Below, in pieces: positions 25,095 to 37,306 of a stretch of DNA of 64,000 bases; the stretch's first letter is position 1; every line of letters starts with the position of its first letter. The DNA is from Eledone cirrhosa. Its lineage: Eukaryota. The stretch spans positions 281,480,001 through 281,544,000 of the forward strand of contig OZ024740.1 in NCBI GenBank assembly GCA_964016885.1, in the 5' to 3' direction. The notes beneath the pieces are model-generated. The model worked only from the letters and a program-made list of their open reading frames with translations, had not been told where the DNA came from and searched no databases. The position numbers and the translations under genes were made by a program.

Positions 25095-26907
25095 TTGTCT
25101 CAGGCAGACATTCATTTCCCGCCATTACCAATGACTGCAGGTTTTAAAGCCGCCACCACCACCACCAGCGCGACAACCACCACCCCCAACACCACCGCGA
25201 CAACAGAAACAAAAGGAAAAAATAAATCAACTCGTTATGTCGAAATGATTTCAACCAAAATGGAATCTTCCACACCGAACACCACTGACGTCACCACCAC
25301 CACAACTGAAACTAAAATTAATAATAACAAAAATAACAATAACAACAACAGCAACAATGACATTAAAAAAACCACCCTGAGTTTTGCCAGAGTAGCAAAA
25401 CAGTGCGAAGCATATCAGGTAACTCAGGAGGAATTAGAAAATGCCAAAAAAATGGTAAAGAAAGATGGTACAGGGTCAGGCTCCCCCCCCCCCCCCCCAC
25501 ACACACACACACCACGCCCCACCTAATAAAATGGAGCATCGGCGCCTATGCACCGTGTCGTATCGAACAATTAATGTAAAATCGCGCCGAGTGGAACGGG
25601 CATCCGAGTCCCAAATCCAAAAAGCTTTGGGACATGTGTGGGCAAGAAAAACCCACATCAGACGTGGGCAGAAGTATGGAACCGTGGACGTGTTCTTTGA
25701 AACACCAGAGGAGGCTAGAGAACAATCCATGTCCCCATTAACAAGTGACGACTTCACACTCGTCCCAAGCTATTGTGGCCAGAGACTCGTAATGATCAGG
25801 GTGACCCACGTTCCACCGGCCATCGAAATTCCCTGGCTAATAGCGGCCGTCCTCGCCGGCATCGAAGCCAACACAAAGATAATAGCAATAGCAAAAGAAA
25901 AGCAGGAGAACTGGTCCGGATCTGGGATGGAGCTCCTGATCCAAGCGGACCCAAAAAGCATTGAGTGGATCCCAGAGGTAATAGACCTCACTGACGGCAG
26001 CCACCTCACCGTAATTGTTGAGGGCAGAAGGCCTAGGTGTGTCGTTTCTGGTGAAGGAACCCACCTAAGGGCTTTCTGCCCTCAGGCTAAAAGGTTGAGG
26101 CCACCTCTCCTACCCACCCCAGTGACTCAACCATCAACACCACCAGTAGCAGAGATTGCAGCAACAACTGTAGCAGCAACAACAGAAGCAACTATAACAG
26201 CAACAACCCCAGCAACAGTAGCAAAACCAACACCACCACCATCCAACGCTTCAGAACTAGCACCAGCGCCTACGCCATCCACCACGCCACAACCAAAACT
26301 AACGCCTGTGGAGGATTTTCCACTCCCCGGCCTATCACAACTGGAGACAGATTGTGACGACGAGGAGTGGGAAACTGTATCAGGAAAAAAGAAAAAAAGA
26401 AACCAAAAAAGAAAAAATTCTCTTCCTTCCCCCTCCAAAAACAAAATACAGAGGGAAACAAATAAATTAACAAACAAAAAAGTTAGGACAGATATGCCAC
26501 CATCCACACCAGCATCACCAACCCCATCACCACAAACACCAACACCATCACCATCATTAACCCCAACACCACCATCACAAACGCAAACGAAACAAAACAA
26601 CCAAAACCATACACACTACACAGCATTAAATTTGAACAACAACCAATTATTACACTACATGCAACACAACACCAGCATCACAGAAAAAGACTACACAACA
26701 ACCCAAAAATTCACACCACCTTCACACATACAAATCACACGCATCACACAGAAAACGTACATGACACTAAAACAAAAATTCCCCAAAGACATCGAAGACT
26801 TCCGACAAGCACTCTCCAGGAGGATTTATAAGGACATTCTTCCTGAGGAGGCCACAAGCAGTGAAAAGGATGGAAAAACCGTCCTTCCTCTACGAGAAGT
26901 AAGGTAA
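25095..26907 (+). pseudogene. LINE ORF1 (gag-like), broken at a poly-C/(CA)n slip near 25482-25512
   Basis: SFARVAK motif, VIVEGRRPRC..SG...H....CP degenerate zinc knuckle, Pro/Thr-rich linker, WETVSGKKKK; lies directly upstream of the APE ORF. Confidence 0.75.
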
Positions 26908-28161
26908 GTGGTCTTTCCCATCTTGTCCACTCCATTTCAACATGACCTCACTCAGAATAGGCAGCATAAATGCGCGTGGCATGGGGTCGTCATGGAAGCA
27001 GGGCCACCTGCTCAACAACATCAGGTCACTAAACATAGATGTAGTGGCCATCAGCGAGACCAGAATGTACGAAGCACGGGCCTTCGCACCGATCTTCGGC
27101 GGCTACGATGTGTACGCATCTCCCAGCCGTCCGGGATCGGGGGGTGGAGTTGCTGTGCTTTTTCAGAGATGTTTGGATCTTGCCATACGGGCCATCTTCC
27201 TGGACCCAGAAGGTAAGTTGGTGGTGCTGGACGTGACCAGCGGAGACGGGCAAGCTTTCAGGTTAGTGGCCGTCTATGCCCCGACAGGAGCAGGGCGGCC
27301 TGATTTCTTCCGGCGTCTGGAGACCTTTCTTGGAACGTCCCGCTCTTTAGTGTTAGTGGGCGACTTGAACGGGATCTTAGATGCACGCTGGGACTGTGTG
27401 GGATTAGCGGATAGGGGTGGAGGGTGCAAGAGCCTCACCAACCTGCTCAGGCGTTTTGAACTGTCTGACAGGTACCGATTGGATTTCCCGAATGTGCCAA
27501 TGTGGACTTGGACAAATCGCATAGGGTCATCCAGATCATATCTAGATAGAGTATTTTTTGTAGAGAAATAGATAGGTCTAGCATAGGCTGTCCACAATTC
27601 AAGATAGTCAGCTACACGGACCACAAATTGGTGATCTGGGTACTTGACTTAGATAGGCTTCATAGACGATGCCCCGGCTACTGGAAGTTAAACGCGTCCT
27701 TACCAGCGCGCAAGGCCTACAGAGACCGGATTAGCGAACTAGTTAAGCGGGCGTTGACGGGGGCCATCGTCAACAACAAGTGGTTGTTTGCTCTGAAAAG
27801 AGCAATTAGAATAGAGTCCATTAGGTTTAGTAAGGCTTTAGCAATAGAGAAAAATAGAGCAGAGGGAGAATTAGTTAGAAAATTAGACTAGGCGCTTAGC
27901 AAAGGCATCGCGACCGACGTGCTTGCGGCGAAATTGGCCCTTGACCAATTCTTCAATGCAAAGCACGAAGGCTGCGTTGTCAGAGCTAGGGTGCGTGCTC
28001 TCAGACACGGGGAAACGAAAGCCGTTCAATGGGCCCGAGTGGCGGAGGCGCATCGTGGCAATAAAGCCATGATCCGGTCTTTGGTGGACCACGACGGGTG
28101 CATGCTACTCCATCCCGGGCAAATGTGTGAAGCTTTAGAGCGACACTTCGCTCAGTTGTTT

Positions 28162-28856
28162 TACTCTCTTTCTCCATTAGACCCCCTCTCTTCTCCTCTT
28201 TCTTCTCCCCCTCCTCCTTTCACTTTCTTTCTCCCTTAGATCCTCCCCCGTCTCCCTTCCACTCTGTCTTGTTTCATTTCTCCTCCTTTTTTCACTCTCT
28301 TTCTCCCTTAGACCCCCCTCTCTCTTCTACTCTGTCGTCTCCCCCTCCTCCTTTCAGTCTCTTTCTCCCTTAGCTTCCCCCCTCTCTTCTCCTCTTTCTT
28401 CTCCCCCTCCCCCTTCACTCTCTTTCTCACTTAGATTCCCCCTTCTCTTCTTTATTCTCCCCTCCTCCTTTCACTCTCTTCTCCTCCTTTCACTCTCTTT
28501 CTCCCAAAGGTTCTCCTCTCTCTTCTTCCCTCTCTTGTCTCTCTTCTCCTCCTCCTCCTCCTTTCACTCTCTTTCTCTCTTAGATTCTCCCTCTCTCTCT
28601 CCTCCTCTTTCTTCTACTCTCTCTCCTCCTACTCCTCACCCTTTCACTCTCTTTCTCCCTTAGATTCTCTTCTCTCTCCTCCTCTCTCTCCTCTTCTCTC
28701 TTCTCCCCTCTCTCCTCCTCTTTCTTCTCCCCTCCCTTCTCCTCTCTTCTCCTCTCCCTTTCCTTCTACTCTTTCCTCTTATCCCTTTCTTCTCCTCTCT
28801 CTTCTCCTCTCTCCTCTCCCTTCTCTTTCCTCTCTTCTCCTGTCTTCTCCCCCACG
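28162..28856. repeat. Polypyrimidine (CT-rich) degenerate tandem repeat
   Basis: Recurring ctttcactctctttctcccttag at roughly 60-70-bp spacing. Confidence 0.85.
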
Positions 28857-29570
28857 TATGTGTATGTGTGAGCATGAGTGCATATGTGTATATGTGTGTC
28901 TGTGTAAATGTGTCTATGTATATGTGTCTATGTATATGTGTCTATGTATCTGTGTGTCTGTGTGTATATGTGTCTGTCTATATGTGTCTATGTACATGTG
29001 TCAATGTATATGTGTCTATGTATATGTGTCTGTGTATATGTGTCTGTGTATATGTGTCTGTGTATATGTGTCTATGTATATGTGTCTGTGTCTATGTGTC
29101 TGTGCATATGTGTCTGTGTCTATATGTGTCTGTCTATATGTGTCTATGTATATGTGTCAATGTATATGTGTCTATGTATATGTGTCTGTGTATATGTGTC
29201 TGTGTATATGTGTCTGTGTAAATGTGTCTGTGTATATGTGTCTGTGTATATGTGTCTATGTATATGTGTCTGTGTCTATGTGTCTGTGCATATGTGTGTA
29301 TATGTTTCAGTGTGTATATGTGTCTGTGTATATGTGTGTATATGTGTCCGTGTAAATGTGTCTATGTATATGTGTCTGTGTATATGTGTCTATGTATATG
29401 TGTCTGTGTCTATATGTGTATATGTGTCTGTGTGTATATGTGTCTGTGTGTATGCATGTATATATGTGTATATGTGTGTGTATGTGTGTCTGTGTGTATA
29501 TGTATAGTAGTAGTAGTAGTAGTTGTAGTACTGTGTGTGTGTGTCGATATGTTTGTGTCGATATGTTTGT
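28857..29570. repeat. Minisatellite of ~14 bp (tatatgtgtctgtg) ending in (TAG)n/(TG)n
   Basis: Direct reading of the sequence. Confidence 0.9.
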
Positions 29571-32008
29571 GTCTACCTCAACGGACTGCCGCCGCTCTCG
29601 GCCACTGAGGCGGAGTGTTGCGAAAAGCCGGTAACAGCCGCTGAAGAACGGGAGGCAGTGACTGGCTGCACAAGGGGTAAATCGCCTGGTTTGGATGGTT
29701 TGCCCTATGAACTTGACGTACAGATGCCAGACTTGTTCGGAGGCCTCTTGGCGGACGTCTACTGCAACTGGCAACAGAACAGCAGAATTCCCAGCTCTGT
29801 GAGCCGAGGAGCTGTGGCGCTGCTGAGAAAGGATCCGAACAAGGGGGCTAACATAGATAATTTTAGGCCCATAACTCTGCTAAACACAGAGTTCAAGATT
29901 TTGGCCAAGGTGCTAGCAAAGAGGTTGGCGCTTGTCGTTGATGGTCTGGTGGGAGAGGCGCAGACATGCGCCATTCCCGACAGATCCATCCACGACAACC
30001 TCCACCTCATGCGATACATCGTAGAGAGGGTAGCTAGGGAGCCTGGCACGGGTGGGTCCTTGATCAATTTGATCAGTCGAAAGCTTTCGATAGGGTCGAC
30101 CATCGTTACCTAGCGGCAGTCCTGAGGGCGGCTGGCTTTGGGCCCGTCTTCAGAGGCTGGATCGCTGCCATGCACAGCGACATCTGCTCTGTGGTGAGAG
30201 TGAACGGTAACCTTTCGGAACCGTTCAACATCATGCGCTCGGTCCGCCAAGGGTGTCCCCTCTCGTCCCTCTTGTACGTATTGACTCTCGAGCCATTACT
30301 GCACAAACTGGAGACGTTGAGGGGCGTCCCGTGCGAACTAGGATGCGGAAGATCCGTGTCAGCATATGCCGACGATGTCACCGTAGTGGTGTCGAACACC
30401 AAACACATCGAGGCGATCGGCACTACACTAAGAGAATACGAAGCGGTGACAGGAGCAATGATCAACCAGGAAAAGTCAGTGGGCCTGCAGCTCGGCACCT
30501 GGAGAGGCAGGTCCATGCCGTCCAACTGCGTCCGCGGTCGCTGGACGGACGGACCAGTTAAATTGCTAGGGGTCTGGTTCGGTCCGGACCTCCAGACGGA
30601 CAAAAACTGGGACGAGGTGACGAGCAGGGTGGCTTCTCTCACCCAGAAATGAACCGAGAGGAAGCTATCCCTGAAAGGTCGAGCGGAGGTGGCTAACGCG
30701 TATATCGCGTCCGTCATCTACTACCGCCTGACCGTCGTACCTTGTCCTAAGCCGCGCCTGACTGCGCTGGAGCGTTTGTCCTTTCGCTTTTTGTGGAAGG
30801 GACGCGCTCCGATGGTCAGGCGGTCCATCTGCTGTCAGCACCCGCTACGTGGAGGGCTGGGCATGCTGTGGCTGATGATGCGCAAACACGCGCTCAGGCT
30901 ACGACATCCCCACCTCTTCCTCGACGGTGATCAGGTGTGGTCGCCGTTTACTAGACACGTATTTCCCCAGCTCGTTTCCTTGACGGAGCTGCAGTCCTGG
31001 GTCAAGCGAAGACCGAGAGGGAGCGCCTGGAGACTGGAATGTCTTCAGGCGCTCACACCCCTCGACCAATCGGGCAATGTGATCGGTGGTAACTCCACCT
31101 CGGCGTTCTATAGAGGATTAGTGGAGGGGAAGAGCGACGACCTACTTGGGGAAACTCTAGGCGTCGACGAAAATCAACTAGCCAATCTCTTCGGAAGAAC
31201 TTTCGGGCCGGGACCTATGGACAACTTCCAGAAATCTCTGGCCTGGCAGTGGTACTGAGGAGCTTTGCCAGTTCGGGATAAACTCTACAGGCATGGAGGT
31301 GCCGTCAGCCGGGCATGTCCGAGATGCGCGCAGTGCGACGAAACCGTCCTGCACGCAGTTTTCCAGTGTCCGAACATTGCTGACTTGTGGGTTTATGTCG
31401 AACACCTGCTGTCGCGTGTAGAACGGATCCAGCTATCAGCTGAGTCCATCGTGAGGATTGCCCCGCCCTCTTCCTTTAGCCGGGAAGGGCAGGCAGTTTT
31501 TATCTGTCTGGTGGCCATGGCGAAAGAGATAGTATGGTGGACACGTTTGAAAGGGCTGAAGACGAGCACTTACCTCTTCGGTGATGCCCTGATTAACTTT
31601 TTCAAATTTCATTTGAAAAGGAAAATCAGGGTAGAGATGGAAGTGCTCTCTTCTCAGCATTTTGTTGAAAGATGGGTGAGAGAAGCAAGTATGGCCCGAA
31701 TGAATGGGCCTTCTCTGAGTATGTGTCTGTAAATTAAAGGTGGAAAACTGGGAGAGGGCACTTGCCCTGGTGGTCAGGGCCACTGTGGCTTTTTAATGGG
31801 CTTTTTCTCCACCAATGTCCCTCGGAAGTCTTCCCCCTATTGGGGAATTTTTTCATTGTTCTATTATTACATCCTCTGTTTCTTTTTTTTACACGCTGAA
31901 ATGCCCATTTGTACCGCCCTGTATTGTCCTGTACTGTCCTTAATGTCTACTTTATGTAAACCCTTGTGGTTAATAAAGAAATCATTATTATTATTATTAT
32001 TATTATTA

Positions 32009-32741
32009 CGTCTATTTCGTTCTTACTGCTTCCTCTTTCTCTGTATCTTTACCTTCTCTAACAGTCACTCTCCCTGTTAGCCTCTTCCTCACCCTTCACT
32101 CACTCACTCTCTGTTACTACCTCTCCTCCTCCTCCTTCTTCCCGTTTGACCTGTGCGTAATTCTTTTCTTTCGCACCATTGGTCAGGCAGGTCGCTTTTT
32201 TTCTCTCTCTCGTCTACTATTTCACAGAACTTACGTTCACCGAATTCACAGACTAGATCCCTTCTTCCTCCCGTTAGACCTGTGCGGAATTCCTTCCTTG
32301 CTCACATTCTAACCAGGTTTGATGGTCTTTAATCTCTCTCGTTCACGATTTCACCGAACTTATATTCATGGAAATTTGGGACTTGACTCTCTCTTCCTCA
32401 CTTTTCGTTGCTTCACCATCTTTGTTTGTTTACACTCTCGTGTCCCCTTTATTTACGTGTCCCAACGAGTTTTTTTAGCCGTTGCTCGCACCAACCGGAG
32501 GTATATGGTCTTTAAAGCGATGAAATACCAATGATGGTTGGTAGATCACTGATGAAGGACTAACTTTATTCATATGCAACCCATTAGCAACCACGCAGCA
32601 CGTTTATTCTCATATTTACACATATTTTTCCCCCGCTGTGACCCGTCTATTTCGTTCTTACTGCTTCCTCTTTCTCTGTATCTTTACCCTCTCTAACAGT
32701 TACTCTCTCTGTTAGCCTCTTCCTCACCCTTCACTCACTCA
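32009..32741 (+). repeat. ~98-bp direct repeats (32009-32106, 32644-32741) bounding a ~635-bp non-coding unit
   Basis: cgtctatttcgttcttactgcttcc...cccttcactcactca occurs twice with about three mismatches. Confidence 0.8.
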
Positions 32742-35700
32742 ATTGAACAATGGATGGGGCTGGTCGTTTGGTGTAGTAGTATCAATACAGATATAAAGGG
32801 TCAAGTAAGGAAGAGAGAGATTTTCACTGTTACTGTATAACAACAATGTTGGTAGCCTGCTGGTATATGCATTAGGGAATTGAAATAAGAAATCTCATTT
32901 TATCTATAGCAGGTTATATTAAATGATAAAGAATAGAAGAGTTGATAGAATTAAGACTAATAGAGAATGTTAATATGTATTTTGACAATCAAACGGAGAT
33001 GGAGACAGGCGTTCAATCCTGGTAGCGTTTGTAATATGAAAATATAGATTTCAACCGATGGTTACAGTATAACAATCGCTCTATTCTGTTATTTAATAAA
33101 ATATTTTTGGATTTCATAATACAAAATATTACCATATAACACAATTTACAAAATTCCTGTCCTTGCTAATATGCAGGGGCAGATGCTAGTATATCCCATT
33201 TTAGGTTAAATTGTTGGTTATTTTCGCGCAGCTGCCAAGCCTTGTCTCCGAGTGTTGTTACATAACGCTGGTTTTCATGTTTTACCGAGTAACGATGTCT
33301 ATAAAGGCGAGATTTGAAGGAGGTAGATGTAGACCCCACTTAGTACCACATCTGGCTACCCGATTAGATAGTACATTTGTATATGATGTTGCGTTCAAGA
33401 CACTGATTGTTCAACGGACACATTCCTGGTTGGACACAGTTACAGCTATAATTATGCGTTGTTGTATTACCATGGATGGGTTGATGAGGTTGCTTAGGCA
33501 GGACGGGATATTGTTTGCTGTTTTGTGATGTTATAGCCGATGTTTTACGTGTATTGTTATGTGTTGGAAGACGTTTATGCAACCGTTTTGCGTTAAGCTT
33601 TTTTATATGTTGTTCAATATTAGGGGTGGTTGAATATGATAGTCGAATAGTGTTAGGGTTTAAGATTTTATTATATTTATGTGATGTTGGAAAATGTTTT
33701 TTAACTAATCGAAAGAATTGTGAGGGTAGATTGGTTTTAATAGAGTTGTTATAGACCGGGTTGCACCATATATACTCTTTACATCGCCTTCTGTTTGGTG
33801 GTGTGTGACTATTAGTGTGTCTATTGAGGGAGTGTATGTATGATGGTGATTCTATGCTATTTCTACCTCTATAAGATTTATTTTGGGTGTTTTGGTGATC
33901 GTCGACTATATACTTTATATTATCTAGGTGTCCAGCCTTCCTAAGTGCATCATCATAATATTCGGCATGTTCTTTGAAGGTTTGCTGGTTGGACGACAGG
34001 CGGGAGATTCTAAGGGAAATATTTCTAGGGATGGATTTAATTATAGAGGGTGGATTGTTAGAACCCGTATTTACATATTTAAAGTTCTCATTTAGTTTAT
34101 GGAACGGTTTAATCGTTTCTGTATTGAGATTCAAAGTAACATCAAGGAAATTAACCCCTTTGAGGTTATATTCAAACGTAATACTTAATCCTAGTTCCTT
34201 AAAAAGCTTTCTAATATTTTTACGCATCCTTTCTAAATTCTGGTTATTGATATGCTTAACTAATAGGAGCGCATCGTCACGGTAGAGTCCACCGTGGAGA
34301 TCTTTGAATTTTCCTTGTAGTCTGTGGGTGATATAAATTCCCACAAGATCAGTTACTTCCGCCGAATCATTGTAACCCATAGTTATATCAAAATTAGAAG
34401 GAGGTCTATCTTTGCGAACCCAGTAGCTATCACCAACTTTAACAATAGTTTTCCTCGCTTCCATAATAATACTAATTTCATCATCCGAAAGGTCAGAGTT
34501 AGCATTAGCGAACGAAAGGACTTCATTCATAGTATCAGGTAAGATTGAGGAATAATACTCATCAATATCGAACTGAATAAATTTTGATTTCTTCTTATCA
34601 GTAATGCTATTAAACCATCTTATTGCATCATGGGTTTTACCCCATAGTTTAATATCTACTTTAGCCTTAACTTGGGGGATAATTCTGTCTAATATATATT
34701 TGTTAATTTTGCCTGTATCAGATTTAGAGGGGCATATAAGTCTAATTTTAGGGTCAGTATCGCAGTTTACCTTATGGTTCTTCAGGTTGAAGGATGGTGT
34801 AGCTGGTGTTAAGGGTTGCGTTCTATCGTCAATACAAAGTTTTTTAACAATTTCACATGCCGAGTTGTTGATGTTTCTAAGTGTAGCTTCATTAGTTTTT
34901 ATGCAATTCCTTACGGATGAATTTATTGTAAGTGTCCACATCCATGGTATATACGTTTGATGTTTTGTCTGCTCTAACAATAATTCCATTGGCGTTTTTT
35001 AGATTATTGAGCAGTGTCGTGATGTCATTCTGTAGTTTATTGTTTTTCCGTTTTGTAAATTTGATCTCCATGATCGTATCCATTAGGTCCTGTTCAAATG
35101 CATCCAAAAGTGGGTTTGAGGGTGGGTTTTTGTAAGATTTAAATCCCAATTTATCCTTGTTAAGATCCGATGTTTGGTTTATACGGCTTTTGTCAAAATG
35201 GAATGTTTTCCATATGATTCGTCGAATAAAATCATCGGTCCTTCGTATCATACCAAGAATATATTCCTTTTTTGCCTGAATAGGTATGTTTTTTAACGAC
35301 ATATCCAATTGGTGCTTTTCCATTTTAGAGACGTATGCTGAATTAGTTGCTCAACTGTATAGGAGATTATTAAAATTTCAAGTTATCAATAATGTAGTGA
35401 TAATATATCGCCACGTTAGAGATGAACAGCGTACGTGTAGGTTTGCTCAACGAGTATAAATTATATTCCGGAGAAAATGTAGAAAAGATGAATATCGCCT
35501 TTATAGACTTCGTTACTCGATAAAACATGAAAACCAGTGTTATGTAACAACACTCGCAGACAAGGCTTGGCAGCTGCGCGAAAATAACCAACAATTTAAC
35601 CTAAAATGGGATATAATAGCGGTGCCCCTGCATATTTCTAAGGACAGGAATTTTGATTGTCAAAATACATATTAACATTCTCTATTAGTCTTAATTCTAT

Positions 35701-36345
35701 CAACTCTTCTATTCTTTACCATTTAATATAAACTGCTATAGATAAAATGAGATTTCTTAATTCAATTCCCTAATGCATATACCAGCAGGCTACCAGCATT
35801 GTTGTTATACAGTAGCAGTGAAAATCTCTCTCTTCCATACTTGACCCTTTATATCTGTATTAATACTACTACACCAAACGACCAGCCCTGTCCATTATTC
35901 AATTGGTCAAATATAGATTAAAATAGGCACTCCCCAAAATTCTTATTTAGATAAAATAAGCCATATACTCATTGTATTCTCATTAAAAAGCTTCTATATA
36001 CTTGTTTACCAGCAAATTGAATTGCCATCTGTCATATACTATCCCTTCTCTTCTTCCTTTCTTACAACTAATATAAATACTTTGATTTTTCTGATTTTTT
36101 CCAATTTATCCAATATCTTTGAAGAAGTGACAACTGATTATACATTTGCTATCGAATACTTGCTAACATTATATGATTACGCAAGCAGCGATACATAGGT
36201 ATTCCGTCTGTTACAGAAACCTAATAAATTCCTTTAGAAAAGCACTTTTATTTTATATTCTTTTCTACATTTTTTCCGGAATATAATTTATACTCGTTGA
36301 GCAAACCTACACGATATATTATCACTACATTATTGATAACTTGAA

Positions 36346-36350
<5 letters not shown>
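32741..36350 (-). mobile_element. Near full-length Hydra-clade-like PLE with inverted pLTR
   Basis: Minus-strand RT/EN ORF; ~32741-33308 mirrored at ~35494-35904 (with an internal deletion); 5' UTR 35373-35490 mirrored at 36260-36350; ends in (TA)n. Confidence 0.88.
33000..35323 (-). pseudogene. PLE RT plus GIY-YIG polyprotein, one frameshift near 34900 and TAA stops in the endonuclease
   Basis: SLKNIP, LGFKS, IVRADKTSNVY, FIQFDIDEYY, FDITMG, GLYRDD, VNFLDVT, IWCNPVY, CNCVQPGMCPLNNQCL, IIYKC...Y*VGSTS. Confidence 0.9.
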
Positions 36351-36424
<74 letters not shown>

Positions 36425-37163
36425 CTAGTTAGTACGTGTCAATTACGGTTTGATTGTATTTGAATTAGATGTTAGCATGTTCAATTGACATTTCCTTTCT
36501 ATAAAAGTAGTATAGTACGATTTTGGCTTTATATCTCAACTGGAAGTGAGGTGAAGCTTGTATCTACATCAAGTAACGATAATTTAATCGTGTCCAATTT
36601 ATAGAATATATTTCCATTGCTCGAATTGTAGAAAACTGTCGACACTATACATTAGTATGACAATATTGGAAAGAGAAAAATATTATCTAATCATCAAATT
36701 CCTTGAAGATTGGAATCTAATATTATACTTCCCTACTAAAAACTATACAGCTTCCCAAGTTTATGAAATACTTCAACAAAAACTAAAGTATTTCATATAT
36801 TGGGGCAGTTTAACATTTTTAAAGAATATGTTTTACTTTCCCTGTCACATTGGTATTGAAATTCCAAAACATTTCTCTTAATAGAATTTTAATATCTATA
36901 ACTTACTGTATTATTTCAAACTTATTACAAATATGAAGATACACGCAAGCTCTAAATATTACGCTACGGCGTAGAATCCTATAAATGTTTCCTAATTCAA
37001 AAATTTTGATTTGTAAAACCAGCCGGCAAGAGACCCAGGGGTAGATCCCGATCAAAATAATTGGATAACATCCACTTGGGGATCTAGCCGGATCAGTTGA
37101 GGACGGATGCTTTCCAGGACCCACTGGAAAGAGTGGTTGGCGACTCTGCCGAACGACCCTCTC

Positions 37164-37236
<73 letters not shown>

Positions 37237-37269
37237 AACAACAACAACATCAGTAATAATATTAATAAT

Positions 37270-37305
<36 letters not shown>
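37164..37305. repeat. (AAC)n followed by (AAT)n microsatellite
   Basis: Direct reading of the sequence. Confidence 0.95.

Positions 37306-37306
<1 letters not shown>

Larger units (their letters stand above)
26942..31732 (+). pseudogene. LINE ORF2 (APE endonuclease, RT, C-terminal Cys motif), with frameshifts, stops and a 1.4-kb interruption
   Basis: IGSINARG, AISET, AVYAP, VGDLN, LDR, DHK, WKLN, KSPGLDGLP, NFRPITLLN, VRQGCPLS, AYADD, CPRC...ETVLHAVFQC. Confidence 0.92.
24752..31990 (+). mobile_element. Near full-length Tx1/L1-clade LINE, decayed (copy 1); 5' boundary uncertain
   Basis: ORF1 plus ORF2 (APE, RT, Cys-rich C-terminus); ends ccttgtggttaataaagaaatc(att)n; preceded by (ATT)n. Confidence 0.88.

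Noticed and set aside
30648-30655. In-frame TGA codons as selenocysteine or readthrough (also ~44476 and ~49560)
   Set aside because: Each aligns to a Trp (TGG) in a sister copy and occurs among other disabling lesions, so these are ordinary nonsense mutations.
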